The notes beneath the pieces are model-generated. The model saw only the letters and a list, made by a program, of their open reading frames with translations. It did no database searches and was not told the origin of the DNA. A stretch of DNA of 64,000 bases from Tubiluchus corallicola (taxonomy: Eukaryota > Animalia > Priapulida), in NCBI GenBank assembly GCA_030141605.1, contig JAQGDQ010000470.1:62001-126000 (forward strand), read 5' to 3'. The translations under genes and the position numbers were made by a program. Positions 1-13,100 of the stretch are shown here, piece after piece; position 1 is the first letter of the stretch; each line of letters begins with the position of its first letter.

Positions 1-1439
1 GTGCTTAAAACTTCAAAAAAGAAGGAAATGTTTGTATTTCACGAAAGGCCAGGTGCATAATAGTCAAGTAAAGCACGATCATGCAGACTTGTTGTTGAAC
101 TAGCTCAGTAGCAACAAGCGCTGTCATAACTGTAACTTAAAGACTGAAGTGAAGCGAACACAGTGATTCAGACAGAAAAACAACCAGCTTGCCAACATGT
201 TAGGAAGTTTATCAGATGACAGTAAACTTAACAGCTCCTTGAATAAAGTAGTGCAATTTAATGTGAAGCAGGCACAATAACAAAGTTTTTAAAATAAACT
301 GTTCTGCTTTGCAAAATAATAATTCTGCGACTTTTCAAAGTTTATCTTTCCCTAAAAATACAGCTTTAAATAAATACAGCAATTTTATATTAAACAATAC
401 ATAGGCTAGCTTGAGTGTAGATTAAGTTATTAGGCAACATTTTACTCCATGATAAAATAATCAGTTATACTGTGTCTACACACCTACTTAAATAAAAGCC
501 CGCCATGTTTTCCACCACCATGCAGACATCCAGAGGTCTTGCACAGGCATTTAAATGATCACAACACCCATCCAAAACACACTCAACTGTCAGCCGTCAC
601 AATAAATAACAGTGTTTGCATAAAAAACTAACTCTGCAACAGTTTTAAGCAGGAATATATTACACAATATCCTGCCTTAATAATAGAAACAATGAAGTTT
701 AAACATTATAAGTTTACTCCTTTATGATAAATTAGTTGCTGAACAACGGCGCTCATTAGAAAGTGCTCTCTTATTGTTATATCATAATCATTATCAGCGT
801 TATAGGCTTCATTTATATATACCACATACACTTGATCTCGGCTATAAAGAGTTGCAGTTATAGCGAGCAATTTCTTACAGTCAACTGAAACTCGTTATAA
901 GTGGATTATACAGTATATCTAATAGCAGATATTGGCCAGTTTTAATCTGCCTAATCTTTGATTATTACAGTGCTAGGCTGGCCCGTAGCAGATAGCGTAC
1001 TAAGTATATTAGCCCATAAGTCTCTACAGTAGGAGATTTTTCATACAGACAACTAGCATAAAATTTATTTATTTTCGAATGACATCAACTTGCTGTGCTC
1101 CAAGAACTACTAGAATAATAATTTACAGTAAAGGATAGTACACACATAGTACATCTTATTGAAATTTATAAAATATTAAGTAGAAAAGAAAACATTTTGC
1201 CCAAAAAATTCTTTAATTTAGTTGTTGATTCTAAAACTAAAGTAAAGGAAATAGCGTAAATATTCTTTTCCTGCGAGAGTTGTGAATGAATGGAATAATC
1301 TGCTTGCCTTGGTGATTACCGCACCAACCACAGTAAAGTTTAAATCCTTAGTCGACAATTATTTCGCGGAAAATATGGGATTTCTATGAGTGTACTAGCT
1401 TAAACCCTAATCATGACAGTATAACAACATAACACTCAC

Positions 1440-1465
1440 TTGGGGTTCTTCTTGGGTGACGCCAT
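1440..1465 (-). CDS. Probable first coding exon of an unidentified minus-strand gene (MASPKKNP...), with the remainder lying to the left
   Basis: The minus strand reads aaatATGGCGTCACCCAAGAAGAACCCCAA followed directly by a consensus GTGAGT donor at 1439. No downstream exon was identified. Confidence 0.45.
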
Positions 1466-3944
1466 ATTTAAATAACTGGATTCAGTGCAAATTTTTTGTA
1501 TCACCACGCTAACACTTTGATTTCACGATTCTGCACGCCTCGTTTAATGACAATTACAGCGTGTAACTTATCGTTTGCTGGGAGAAAAACACGCCCAACG
1601 ATCAACAAATAGTACGGATCATACTATAACTTAGTTGTTGCTGGGGGCACAAGACCAATTACTAAAATCACTGAATATTTTGTTACATAAATGTATTGCT
1701 GAAAATTAATAATCATGTCATCAAAATTTCAAGTGAAATCTCGCTCATCTCTTTTGAAGCAGGATCAATGTCGCCATTGATATGTTCTTGAGTCAGTTTA
1801 GCTAATCTATTTGACCTCCTCTATTTGCGGTTGTGATCGCCTTGCAGATTTGCTTACATTTATTACATTTTCAATTTTTCATGTGAATATAATTTTTCAT
1901 TTTCATTTTTATGTTGCATCTTAGATCGTACATGCCTTTTCAAACTATCATAGTTCACCTCCTCCCATAAATCAATTTTTATTCCTGCATGTTCACACTT
2001 TTTTTCTGTTTGCCTTATTAGGTCTGACCTACATATACAAGTTGTCTTTTTGAACAGTCCTCGTGATTTGCTAATCAACCATATTACGTACAAGTTTGTT
2101 TTTTCTTTTTAATTCTGCAATTATTTTCACCATTCTCTACACTATTTTGTTGTGGCAAATAGAGTAAACCAAGTAAACTAGACTCGACCTCTTCTCCATC
2201 TCTTACTTAAACAGAGAGCCTTTTGGTATGCTCGCCTTCACCAGTTGCCTTTATAATGAATGAAAACGCAATGAATAGGGATGATATGCTCTTTCGTGGA
2301 ATTGAAAACTACATTAATTGTGTACTTACAATTATGTAGCTATTTTGTACAGTGTTTATTCCATTTTAATAAACCAACATAATAAAAAATTTTGCAATTC
2401 AGGAAAACGTACAATGCAAGAAACCATAAATCATCATAATTACTTGCTTTTGTTCAAGCCTATTATACGTTCAATTTTCAGAGAAATTTTGCCGCCTCAT
2501 AATGCTTTAGCTTTTTACAAACATAATTGCCAAAACATACGTATAATTTCCTGGATATAATTTGTGTAAAATACCATGTATATATTACGTATTACCATAA
2601 AAATGTTTAAATCGATAAAAACGTTAGTAGATTAGATGTCATGTGAAAGTCGAAACTATTTGTTTGCTTTTACCAGAGCTTTTGTCACAATGCAGCAATT
2701 TTTGTTATGGCAATATTTTTATGTATTTATTGTAGTTTTTAATTATTGCCATTATATTTGGTATTAGCGTAATAACCTGAACTGGATTAAACTGAACACC
2801 AAAGAAAGTTCTGCACAATGAGAAAATTAACTTCCAAACTGCGTGATGTTTTTGGTAGGACTTTTGGCTGGCCACAGTCAAAATTTTTATAAGAAAATGA
2901 TTTTATACCAGTTACAATGTCAGCCTACATGCTCAACTACTGCAAGATTATAAATTATGCATTAACACATTTTTTTACGTTTATGTTACGTATGTTGAAC
3001 CAGTCAAAGCCAGAAATTTGTAAAACAGAAATGTAACCATAAGTTTTTATTTATCAAATTATAAATTTCACGTAAAACAATATAAATACATTTCATTTAC
3101 CTTTATCATTACTTTGATGAACATTTCTTTTACATTTTTGCAAATCAGTTTGATTTGTACACGATAGTTATTGACAAATTCGTCAATCTTTATAGCTCAT
3201 GTATGTAAACCCTCATAATATTTTAAACCAACATAACGACAGCATTCCATGAAGTACTGATAAATATCTTGATTTGTAGAACTTATAACAGGCTCCAACA
3301 GAATGTCATAAATTCTGACGTGCATTCACAAAACATTAATTTTAAAATGCCGAAAATGGTGCATATGCACACTTTTGACATCTCGCATACATACATAATA
3401 AAAAATAAAAACAAGGACACACGGTGGAAAGCACAATGCCCACTCATACAGTTCACCACAGAATGTTCCCTTACTCATATAACAACATACAAAAATATTA
3501 TACTTGTGAACATAATGTGAAACACAATACAAAAAGATATTTTAATTCCTTTACGTTATAATTAGTAATAACTTCACTGGGTAATGACAATAATTGGTGA
3601 ATGAGGTTTGTAGTTATATGCTACTGTTTTTGTCTGTAAATAATAACAGAAAAACACACTAACATAAATTTTAATGTTTATTGAGTACCAATCATTTAAC
3701 ATGTCGATTCCTAGAAGCTGACTCTTTCGTGTATAAGACTGTTATAGTGTGTCATAATTGCAATAATGCCGACTTATAGAACACTACCACTCCCCAACTG
3801 AACCTTCAGCATCTTAGACGCCTAATAGATGGTTATACTCAGACCCATGCACGAATGGGTTAACAAAATATGCTCGAGTGGAATTTTAATTTGCGCCATC
3901 TTCTGGCAATTTTTCGAGTTTGGACACGTCATTACTTCCGTAAA

Positions 3945-5736
3945 ATGGCAGACACAGGGCCTTCGAAATCTGATATTCAAGCAGTTTTTAAGAGATTACG
4001 TGCAATAAATACAAACAAAGTATGTTTCGATTGCGACGCTAAAAATCCAACATGGGCTTCAGTCACGTACGGTGTTTTTATATGTATAGATTGTTCAGCT
4101 ACTCATAGATCGCTAGGCGTCCATGTGAGTTTCGTCCGATCTACACAGTTAGATACTAACTGGACATGGCTGCAACTTCGAGCAATGCAAGTTGGTGGAA
4201 ATGCTAGCGCTGTAAGTAGTGTTTAAACAAATTCTGCTGTTTTTAATCGATTTAATAATTTTTCACATTGTGTACATATGTATCTGTTTTACACTTGTCC
4301 TGAAAAGTAGTAATTAAAGCAACATTTTTATATTGTTCCAGTTTGCATTTTTCACGCAGCACAACTGTACGACTAAGGATGCACAGCAAAAATACAACAG
4401 CCGTGCTGCTCAACTGTATAAAGAACGTCTCCATCATTTGGCTTCACAGGCAATGAGACTCCATGGCACACTGATTAATATAGATACCCACCACGATTCT
4501 ACGTCTCCACAGCAGAAGGATGTTGATTTTTTCCAAGAGCATGCTGAAGCCATTGACGAATTGGTCGATAACGCAACAGTAGCTACTCAGCCACAACCAA
4601 TCAAAAACGGAACTCTGTCACATCCTGGTGGTGATATTATAAAAGATGGACCAGCACCTAGTGTGGAAGCAGCACTGAGCGTTTCACCTACCAGAGCTCA
4701 AGCAGAGCCCAGAAAGACAACGATTGGCAACCGTAAAGCCCCTCAGCAGAAAAAGGGTTTGGGTGGCAAAAAAGGACTTGGTGCCCAAAAGGTTAATACC
4801 AATTTTAGTCAAATTGAAAAAGAAGCTCAGATGGCAGATGAGCGCAAGATGTCGGCGATAAATGAAGCTACAAAAGCCAAGACAAAGGAAGAAGAGGAAG
4901 AGCAGATACAGTCTATGAGGTTAGCTTATAGAGATATTAGCCTTGAAAAGCAAAATCAGGAAGACAAGTTGAAACAGGTCGACCCGAAGAAGGCAGCACA
5001 GTTTGAACGACTTGGAATGGGCGGATTTGGCAGCCAGAAGGGCGTTGCACACAGTGCCATGACAGACATGAAGGTTATACAACAAGAGACGCCCATTTCG
5101 GAGAAGCAGCGTTATCACGGCCGATCGCGAAGAGACTATGATGACGAAGATGAGTGGGAAGTTTTGGGTGGATTTTCATCTGGTCCACCAAAATACAATG
5201 ACAGCCCTTTTGGCTCTAAAAATCGGTATGGCATGGATGATGATCCATATGGCCCAAAGAAAGATAAGTGGAGTAGCAAGTCATACGCGTGGGAGGTTGA
5301 GAGAATGGAGGAGAAAACTGACAGCATATTCGACGAGCCTGTTCCGAAGTCTGGCCATGACGATGACGACAATTCAAGTTTGGGCCGCAGTAGAAATAAA
5401 CAAATTGAACCAATCACAGACACTGGTGAAGCGCAGAAGAAATTCGGCAGTGCCAAAGCTATTTCATCCGATCAATACTTTGGTGATAAGGGAAATGAAT
5501 GGCATCACAAGCAAAATCTAGCAAGATTTGAGGGTAGCTCTTCTATTTCTAGTGCAGATTATTTTGGTGATGGTAAACAAAAGCAGAGCCAGCAGAGAAA
5601 TTTTGATTATTCCAACATCACGCCAGACATTAGCGGACTGAAGGAAGGGGTTAAGGATGGCGTCACTAAAGTTGCAGGTCGCATTTCTAATCTCGCAAAC
5701 AATGTTGTGTCGACCATACAAGATCGATACACCTGA
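3945..5736 (+). CDS. ARFGAP2: ADP-ribosylation factor GTPase-activating protein 2/3 (Glo3-type ArfGAP); exons 3945-4211 and 4342-5736
   Basis: ArfGAP zinc finger (CFDC...[33 protein letters not shown]), GLGAQKV motif, ERLGMG, and Glo3 motifs ([19 protein letters not shown]). A phase-0 GTAAGT...CAG intron at 4212-4341 joins the two ORFs in frame. Confidence 0.95.
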
Positions 5737-6694
5737 GGTTTGGTAACTAATTCATAATCGTACTCGTAACTATTTTTGTTTTGACAGTTATCATTTAATT
5801 TTTTCCTTTGGTGTGATTCTCTATTGTGCTGCCATCTGTCAGGTTTTATTTCTGTTATTAACCTGCTAAAGCTAATATTCAGTGGTTGTGCTTCTTGTTT
5901 AGTATATTTCACATTTTGGTAAGTTTGTAAATTCAGTAAGTCGTTGCCTTGTTTACTACTGATTTATTTTACTGACAATGAACCTCTGTATACATTTCTT
6001 CACTAACCACAAATTTTTAGTTTTATATAAAGCTAAAGTTTCGCTTTCCTTTGTTATATCAGCTTCAAAAAGCATTATTTCAAAGATAAATTTGTTATGT
6101 TTATGTGATGTCTTTGTGCAGCGTAGCAAAGTGTCAGACACTGAGCTCTGACTACTGACCAGGCAATCGTGACATGTTATGTGGGTGGGAAACTTGCAAG
6201 TTGAAACTTGCAAACTTCCACGTAAAAATAACACTGTTTATTCAAATAAACATTAGCTTTTCACAGCTTGAAATGTACTACAACACAACATAAGCAGGTA
6301 GTGTAAAATGGACAAAACACTTTTAACACTGGAAACAAAAGTGCAAATGTATGAGAAATAGTTACAAGATAATCTGTAATACTTTGCATTTCACAGTCAA
6401 CGAACATTAGTATGTAAAAATTTTAAATAATTTATACATATTTGGTTACACTCTTACAATAGTTTACTTGGTATTGTAATTTCTAAATATGAGTGGCTAT
6501 TATTAATAACAAATAAAAGTCTGTTTTATGAGTATCAATATATGTATGATTGCATAGCAAAATAGTCCATAAATTCGCAATTGACGGTTTTGATTTGCAA
6601 GCACACATATACAAATATTTCATGAGCATTTTTACTGTCTTATTCATTGCTTTCAAACTTATATTATTCCACATTTCACAACTTGATACAAGCA

Positions 6695-6925
6695 TGTGTG
6701 CTTGAAGTACAAGTTTGTTCTTGGAGTGATACGCTAAAGCTGGCTTGAAGTACAAGTTTGTTCTTGGAGTGATACGCTAAAGCTGGCTTGAAGTACATGT
6801 TTGTTCTTGGAGTGATAAGCTAAAGCTGGCTTGAAGTACAAGTGTGTTCTTGGAGTGATGAGCTAAAGCTGTCACAAATGTGTGCTTGAAATACAAGTTT
6901 GTTCTTGGAGTGATAAGCTAAAGCT
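6695..6925. repeat. 43-bp minisatellite, about 5 copies
   Basis: Unit cttgaagtacaagtttgttcttggagtgatacgctaaagctgg starts at 6701, 6744, 6787, 6830 and about 6885. Confidence 0.9.
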
Positions 6926-8559
6926 GTTTTAGCAAATTTCATGTGAATTTTGTGTCCAAAAGTATCTGTTATTATCATTTGCTAGATTTTCTCATCTTTG
7001 GTTATATTAATCAATACTGCTAAAATAAACAATGTGTTTGAAAAAAGTTTTGTCTTTCCTAACTTATTGGTGGGATGTAATTATTTTTGTTCTGGTGAAA
7101 TGATAATCAGTGTTTCGTTATGTCTGTTTTGCTGCCAAGTTTTAGAAGAAGCGAGCATTCCTTATTTTTCATAATTATAATATATGTAAAATTATAATTT
7201 CCCAGTACATATAGTACGTACTGAACTGATATGTGGTGTAAACTTTCACATGTAACCGTATCTACATATTAAATACCATTATATCATTTTTGCAATTACG
7301 ATCCTAAATAAAAGCTGTTTTAAGCCTATATTAAAACTTACGGCAGATACTGGTAGGCCCTTATTTTTTATATCTGTTCTGCAATAAAGTTATAAGCTCC
7401 ATGCTTTAATTTACCCACCTGACATGTTGTTTGTAGAATTTGGTGTAGTTGTTGGGCTTTGTGACAATGCATTATTGATTGTTGATTTATGATCAATAAA
7501 ATTGTTTATAAACTGGCAAACTGTTAATCATGCTGTTATTTGGTTAACTTTTCAGTTTATCAAAGTTCTAATGACCAACTGTGAAAGAACAAGTAAAAAT
7601 GTTTGCTAAGAGATTAGTTCTGACATTTGCGTATTCTGCTTCAGAGTGCTGAATGATGTTGTGTGTGTGTATATATATATATACTGTACGTATTGAGCAA
7701 TATTGTATGGTAAGTATAATTATGACAAAAAATGACAAATTTCACTAAGCTATACAACATATGATGTATGTTGTTAGAGATATACTTATGATAATCCATA
7801 TGACACACATATACCTGCATATGTATATAAATTTACATAACATTATACGTGTATATGAACATAATTTTTTTTTGTTTATTTGTTTAACAAATTAATGTAT
7901 GATAAATAAGTAAATAAAGATTAATTGTGTGTTGTGCATAAAATTAGAATATGCACATACGTACCTTGTTCTGGAAATGGTCTTAGTAAGACTTTAAAGA
8001 TGCACTAAGCCATTTTGGAAAACAAGATAAAAATGCACAACTCGAATGATTTCATAGATTCTGGAATTAAGCCATTTCTGGAAACAGGACAAAAAATTCA
8101 CAGCTCGACTGGATTATAAACAGAGAATCTCATGACATGATTGTAGTGTCTTTACTTTTTATATCATACAATGACATTAAAACATAAGTATGCTTATACT
8201 ATATCTCATACAAGCACTTATATACACATATATATATACATAAACAAATATATATACATATACACACACATATATATATATATTTGATTATGTATATATA
8301 TATATACATTTAGAGCTTTGGATAACATAATTTTGGAACTAGTATTTAAATCATTAGATAAGAAGGAAAATAGATGGAAACACATGCAACAAAAAATTAA
8401 ATCAGGGTGGACTTCAAAATTATTATATTCATATTGGAAAACATACGTCATAGTTATTACAAACTAGGCCCAGTAGCTCAATTGATACCAATGAAATAAT
8501 AGGCTAGTAAGTTTACTATCAATTGTAGTCATGTAATGACACAGAAAGCTAGCCATTAT

Positions 8560-9290
8560 TGCTATGAGTGCGACCACACTGGTTAAAAGCCTAATATCCT
8601 TTGGAGTGTGTAGTAGGATGTGGTCTAAGTGGGTGAGAAGAACAACTTTTTAGCAGACAAATTTAATTTACAAGTTTTTGGAAACATTTTGGAACTAGGA
8701 GAACTTTCACAGGATAAGTTGTGGAAAATAACTGACGTAAATTGTAGCGAAAAAGTTTGGAAGCAGTTCGTTCGTAAAAAGGTGAGGGAAAGGACTTACA
8801 GTTATAGCAGGATAAACTTAAATCATGTTTTACTGCTAATATCTATTTGAACAATAAACCACGACCGTATTTTGAAAGCTGATTGAAAGATATGTTTAAT
8901 GCCGAGTTGCTGGTGAGAGTAAGAATTGGTACATTAAACAATAATGGAAATCCATTATTTAAATGGAAGATAGCTGAATGCGATAGACTTTGTAAATGTG
9001 GTTTGGACTTGGAGCATTTACATCATATTTTACTGTACTGTTCTTATTATGAAAATGAAAGAAGTATGGTTGTTTGGGAAAGAGTTTCAGATGAGGGTCT
9101 TGTGAGTAGTGAGTTGGGTGTTATTCAAAAATATTGATTGTGGAAAAAATAGTAATATAATGAACAAACGTCGTGAGATGTGAATTGTAAACCTTTGTCT
9201 AAATTTGTGTTTTTTTTTTAGCCGAGTAGCAGTTTGACTGCTGACCTTGATACAAAAAGGTCTAGGTATTGAACTGAACTGAACTGAACG
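8560..9290 (+). mobile_element. Decayed 3' end of a non-LTR retrotransposon
   Basis: Broken ORFs end in a CCHC-like knuckle (RLCKCGLDLEHLHHILLYCSYYENER), followed by a 3' UTR and a (GAACT)n tail at about 9270-9289. Confidence 0.6.
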
Positions 9291-10177
9291 CGTAAATTTG
9301 TCTGTTTTGTTGTTTCAAATGTTCAGTCATAGGTGGCGGCACGTAAATGAATGATACTAAGTGTCGAAATGTTTATTGAATAGTGTTTACTCAGCTTTCT
9401 GTGCTGACTGCGCTTATTACAACTTGTGTTTTAGTTTTCAGGTTTGTATTTTGCATTCACACCAAATTGTTTAAACTGTTCGGAGAAAGTCAAGAATGAT
9501 AATGTGATAAAAGACAAGAGTGGTATTCTTTTGGCAGCTTATTATACTAAGTTTGTACGGTTTGTACTAAGAGTGTAGTAGTACTAGTACATTTTTATGT
9601 TTTTCTTGTTTGCCTGATATTAAACAGTAATTTCAATTGCTCTAAATTACCAGTGAAACTAGTAGAATAGATGGATAGAATAGATACGTAAATTGATGGA
9701 CAGATAAACAGACAGACAGATAGGTACAGATGTAGGTAGATGACTGGTACTGGTAGACAGATATACAATATGTACAAGAGCGAGAGTGAGATGCAAGCCT
9801 TGTAGTGGGTTGTGTCTAGTGGGCAATTATTAGTTCATAAATTCTCTTTTGCTTGGAAAACCTAATTCTATTCTATTGCGAAAAATACATTCTCTTCATA
9901 CATGTATCGAATTTCTATTATTAACCTTTTGTTCTTGCATGGTAACACCAGGCATACCCATCTAAACTGTGCACAACATGCGAATTTCTCTTGCACAAGC
10001 AGTGTGTAATCACTACATCAGTCATGGAGCATGGACTTCCAAGCGGGCTTATGGTCTGTTTTTGTAGGCTTTTATGCTTCTTGATAAACAAGACGATCAT
10101 GAGTTGTTTTAATACTGGAATAATATTGAAAGTATCAAGACATTCATACAGGGTGCTGTAGCGACTGGTAACTTTCA

Positions 10178-13100
10178 ATGGCTGAACAGTGGATTGGTTG
10201 TGACATATCTCTGGACTGCGGTGAAATTCTCGGTGTCTATCAAGGACAAGTGGCTGCCGTTGATGAACAGAATCAAACAGTTTCCTTAACAAGTGCCTTC
10301 AGGAATGGAGTGAAATGCAAAGTACCTAGAGTTACAATAGGGTAAGTGAAGTAAAAATAGAGTGTTAATTTAATTTAACTTGCATTTAATTTACAGTTTA
10401 TTATTAATTTTGATTTGTACTTTTAAACTTTAGTTTTGCATTACCACTAAGTCAGTGCTGACATCTGTTTGTACACTTGGAAGTTTCCAATATATGTGTG
10501 TACTTGCTACTGCTATATGTTTGTATGGAACTGGGTCACTGGGCTTCTCTGTGAATGTAGTAGTTTTTCACACTTGGCAGCAAGATTAGAGGACAAGCAA
10601 TAGGCTTAAACAGTGGTGCGGTTATAATAACTTTTTGACTCAGGTGCCATGATATATTGGCTGATGGATTTACTTTAACTTTTGTTTACTACTGTTGATT
10701 ATGTTTACCATTTTTGTGTATATGTGGACTGACTATGAGACTATGGTTTTGAATAAAAAACAGATTGCAAAGTTAAACTATGCTTACATCCATTGATTTC
10801 ATCTGTTTCACACGAACATCGCAACTACAAAACAGTGTGATAAATCTGTCAATGTCGGTTGTTGGCTCTCCCCAAAACACCCCAGCGACAACTTTAACGT
10901 CACGACAGTAACAGTATAATGCTAAAACGCCTTTATCAAGAAGATATGTTTTAATTATTGTTGACAATGTTTTTCACTGAATGTTTATTGTCTGTGGCAA
11001 TGTTTTGCTGCTAGTGTTGTTATCTTTGAGCTATTGCATGCTTTTACTTTTAGGTTTTTTTACATAGGCTGTGTTGTATTGACTTGCTGCATTTTTCTGC
11101 ACAAGTTTCTTTGAAAAAATTATTGTGTAGGTTTAAAATGCATTGCTTTTTGTTTGCTTAGGTGTGAAGACATATTGGATTTAAAGGTGTTGAAGACTGG
11201 CAAATCTACTCAACAGTCGGACAGCAAAAATGGATACCCTACTCAGGGTGTGACTAAAACTCAATGGTACTCCAAAGTGCAAAATTTTTTCAATTAGCGT
11301 ATCTCTATTGCTAGGAGCTTTGTTAGTTTGCCGCTGACCTTATCCATATTCCAGTTGTTTCAGAAAGTTAAATGTTTAGTCTGATTGGTTGTGCACTTAG
11401 AGATGTGACATACGGCTTTCTTTCTTATTGCATAAATGTTGAGCAGTGACTTACTGAATCACAGCCAAGTTTTCATGTTTGGTGGTAGGCCTAAACTGAC
11501 TTTCTTAGGCCATATAAAATTTGGAGATTTTAAGCAGCTTTATTTTCTTCTGATTTGCAAACGACGTTATTCTTGTTATTGTACAGATGATTTTTTAAAT
11601 ATGATTGTCATTCCAAAATTATTTTGTGAAAAAATGTGGCTTAGTATGCTATCCGCTTACTTAAGTTTATGGTGCTTATTGTTTATTTTTTTGGTTTATG
11701 TTTAGCATGATTTCGCTAACCAAAAAAACTTCTTTTTAGTGCAAATAAAGCGCCTGCTTTGTCCAGAAATAGTTTACCACCTGCAGCAGGAAGTGCCTGC
11801 TTGCCTACTGCAACAACATGCAGCTCTGTAAGTTGGACATCCAAACCCAGAGAATCTCCCGTTAATTTCACGGACAGGAAGCGAACAATGTCAGGTATGT
11901 TCCCCATTAATTTCACAGACAGGAAACGAACAATTTCAGGCATATTCCCCATTACTTTCGCAGAGAGGAAAAAAGCAGTGTCAGGTATATTCCTTGTTAA
12001 ATTTGCAGACAAGAAACGAACAGTGTCTGGTATATTCCCCGTTAACTTTGCAGGCAGGAAATGAACAGTGTCGGGTATATTCCCCGTTAACCTTACAGAC
12101 AAGAAATGAACAGTGTCAGGTATATTCCCCGTTAACTTTGCAGACAGGAAACGAACAGTGTCAGGTATATTCCCTGTTAACTTTGCTGACAGGAAACGAC
12201 AAATATCGGGTACATTCCCTGTTAACTTTGCAGACAGGAAACGAACAATATCAGGTATATTCCTTGTCAACTTTACAGACAGGAAACGAACAGTGTCAGG
12301 CATATTCCCTGTTAACTTTGCACACAGGAAACGAAAAATATCAGGTATATTCCCTGTTAACTTTGCAGACAGGAAACGAACAGTGTCAGGTATATTCCCT
12401 GTTAACTTTGCAGACAGGAAACGAACAATATCAGGTATATTCCTTGTCAACTTTACAGACAGGAAACGAACAGTGTCAGGCATATTCCCTATTAACTTTG
12501 CACACAGGAAACGAAAAATATCAGGTATATTCCCTGTTAACTTTGCAGACAGGAAACGAACAGTGTCAGGCATATTCCCTGTTAACCTTACAGACAGGAA
12601 ACGAACAGTGTCAGGCATATTCCCCGTTAACTTTGTACACAGGAAACGGGTGTTTTTCTTACTATCCGCCTTTCTAATTAATACTTGTCATAATATGCAG
12701 TGCTCTTACGTTAGTCGGTACCGCAAGTTTCAAGTTTAATGCCCTTCTTAATTACAATTTATATCTTTGTTTATTATTTAATTAGATAGGAACCAAACTG
12801 TTCAGTAGTGCAACATATTGCGCCAATTTTCTTTAATATTATCAATTTTATTTAAGTTTATTATTCTTTTTATCTATTTTTAGCTTCAACGTATGCACCA
12901 AAAAAGCAAGTCACTCCTAGAAAATGCGACGCTTCACGTCAGAGGCTGAATGATAAGGACGAACAATGTTTTAGTGGCACCGCGGACAGCTATATCTTGC
13001 AAAACGATTTTGACTTTGAATCTAACCTGGCACTATTTGACAAGGCCGCCGTGTTTGAAGAAATTGCTGCTTCTTTGCCTCAAGATGTCGTACGACTTGC

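Noticed and set aside
1700-2260. Purine-rich minus-strand stretch with a 76-aa ORF
   Set aside because: It has multiple stops, no recognisable domain and no consistent splice pattern; possibly a decayed retroelement.
11716-12739. LRR-like 300-aa minus-strand ORF (LTGNIPD) and overlapping ORFs
   Set aside because: They are products of the 45-bp repeat. The 15-aa period does not fit an LRR, and the unit derives from the EDC3 exon/intron junction.
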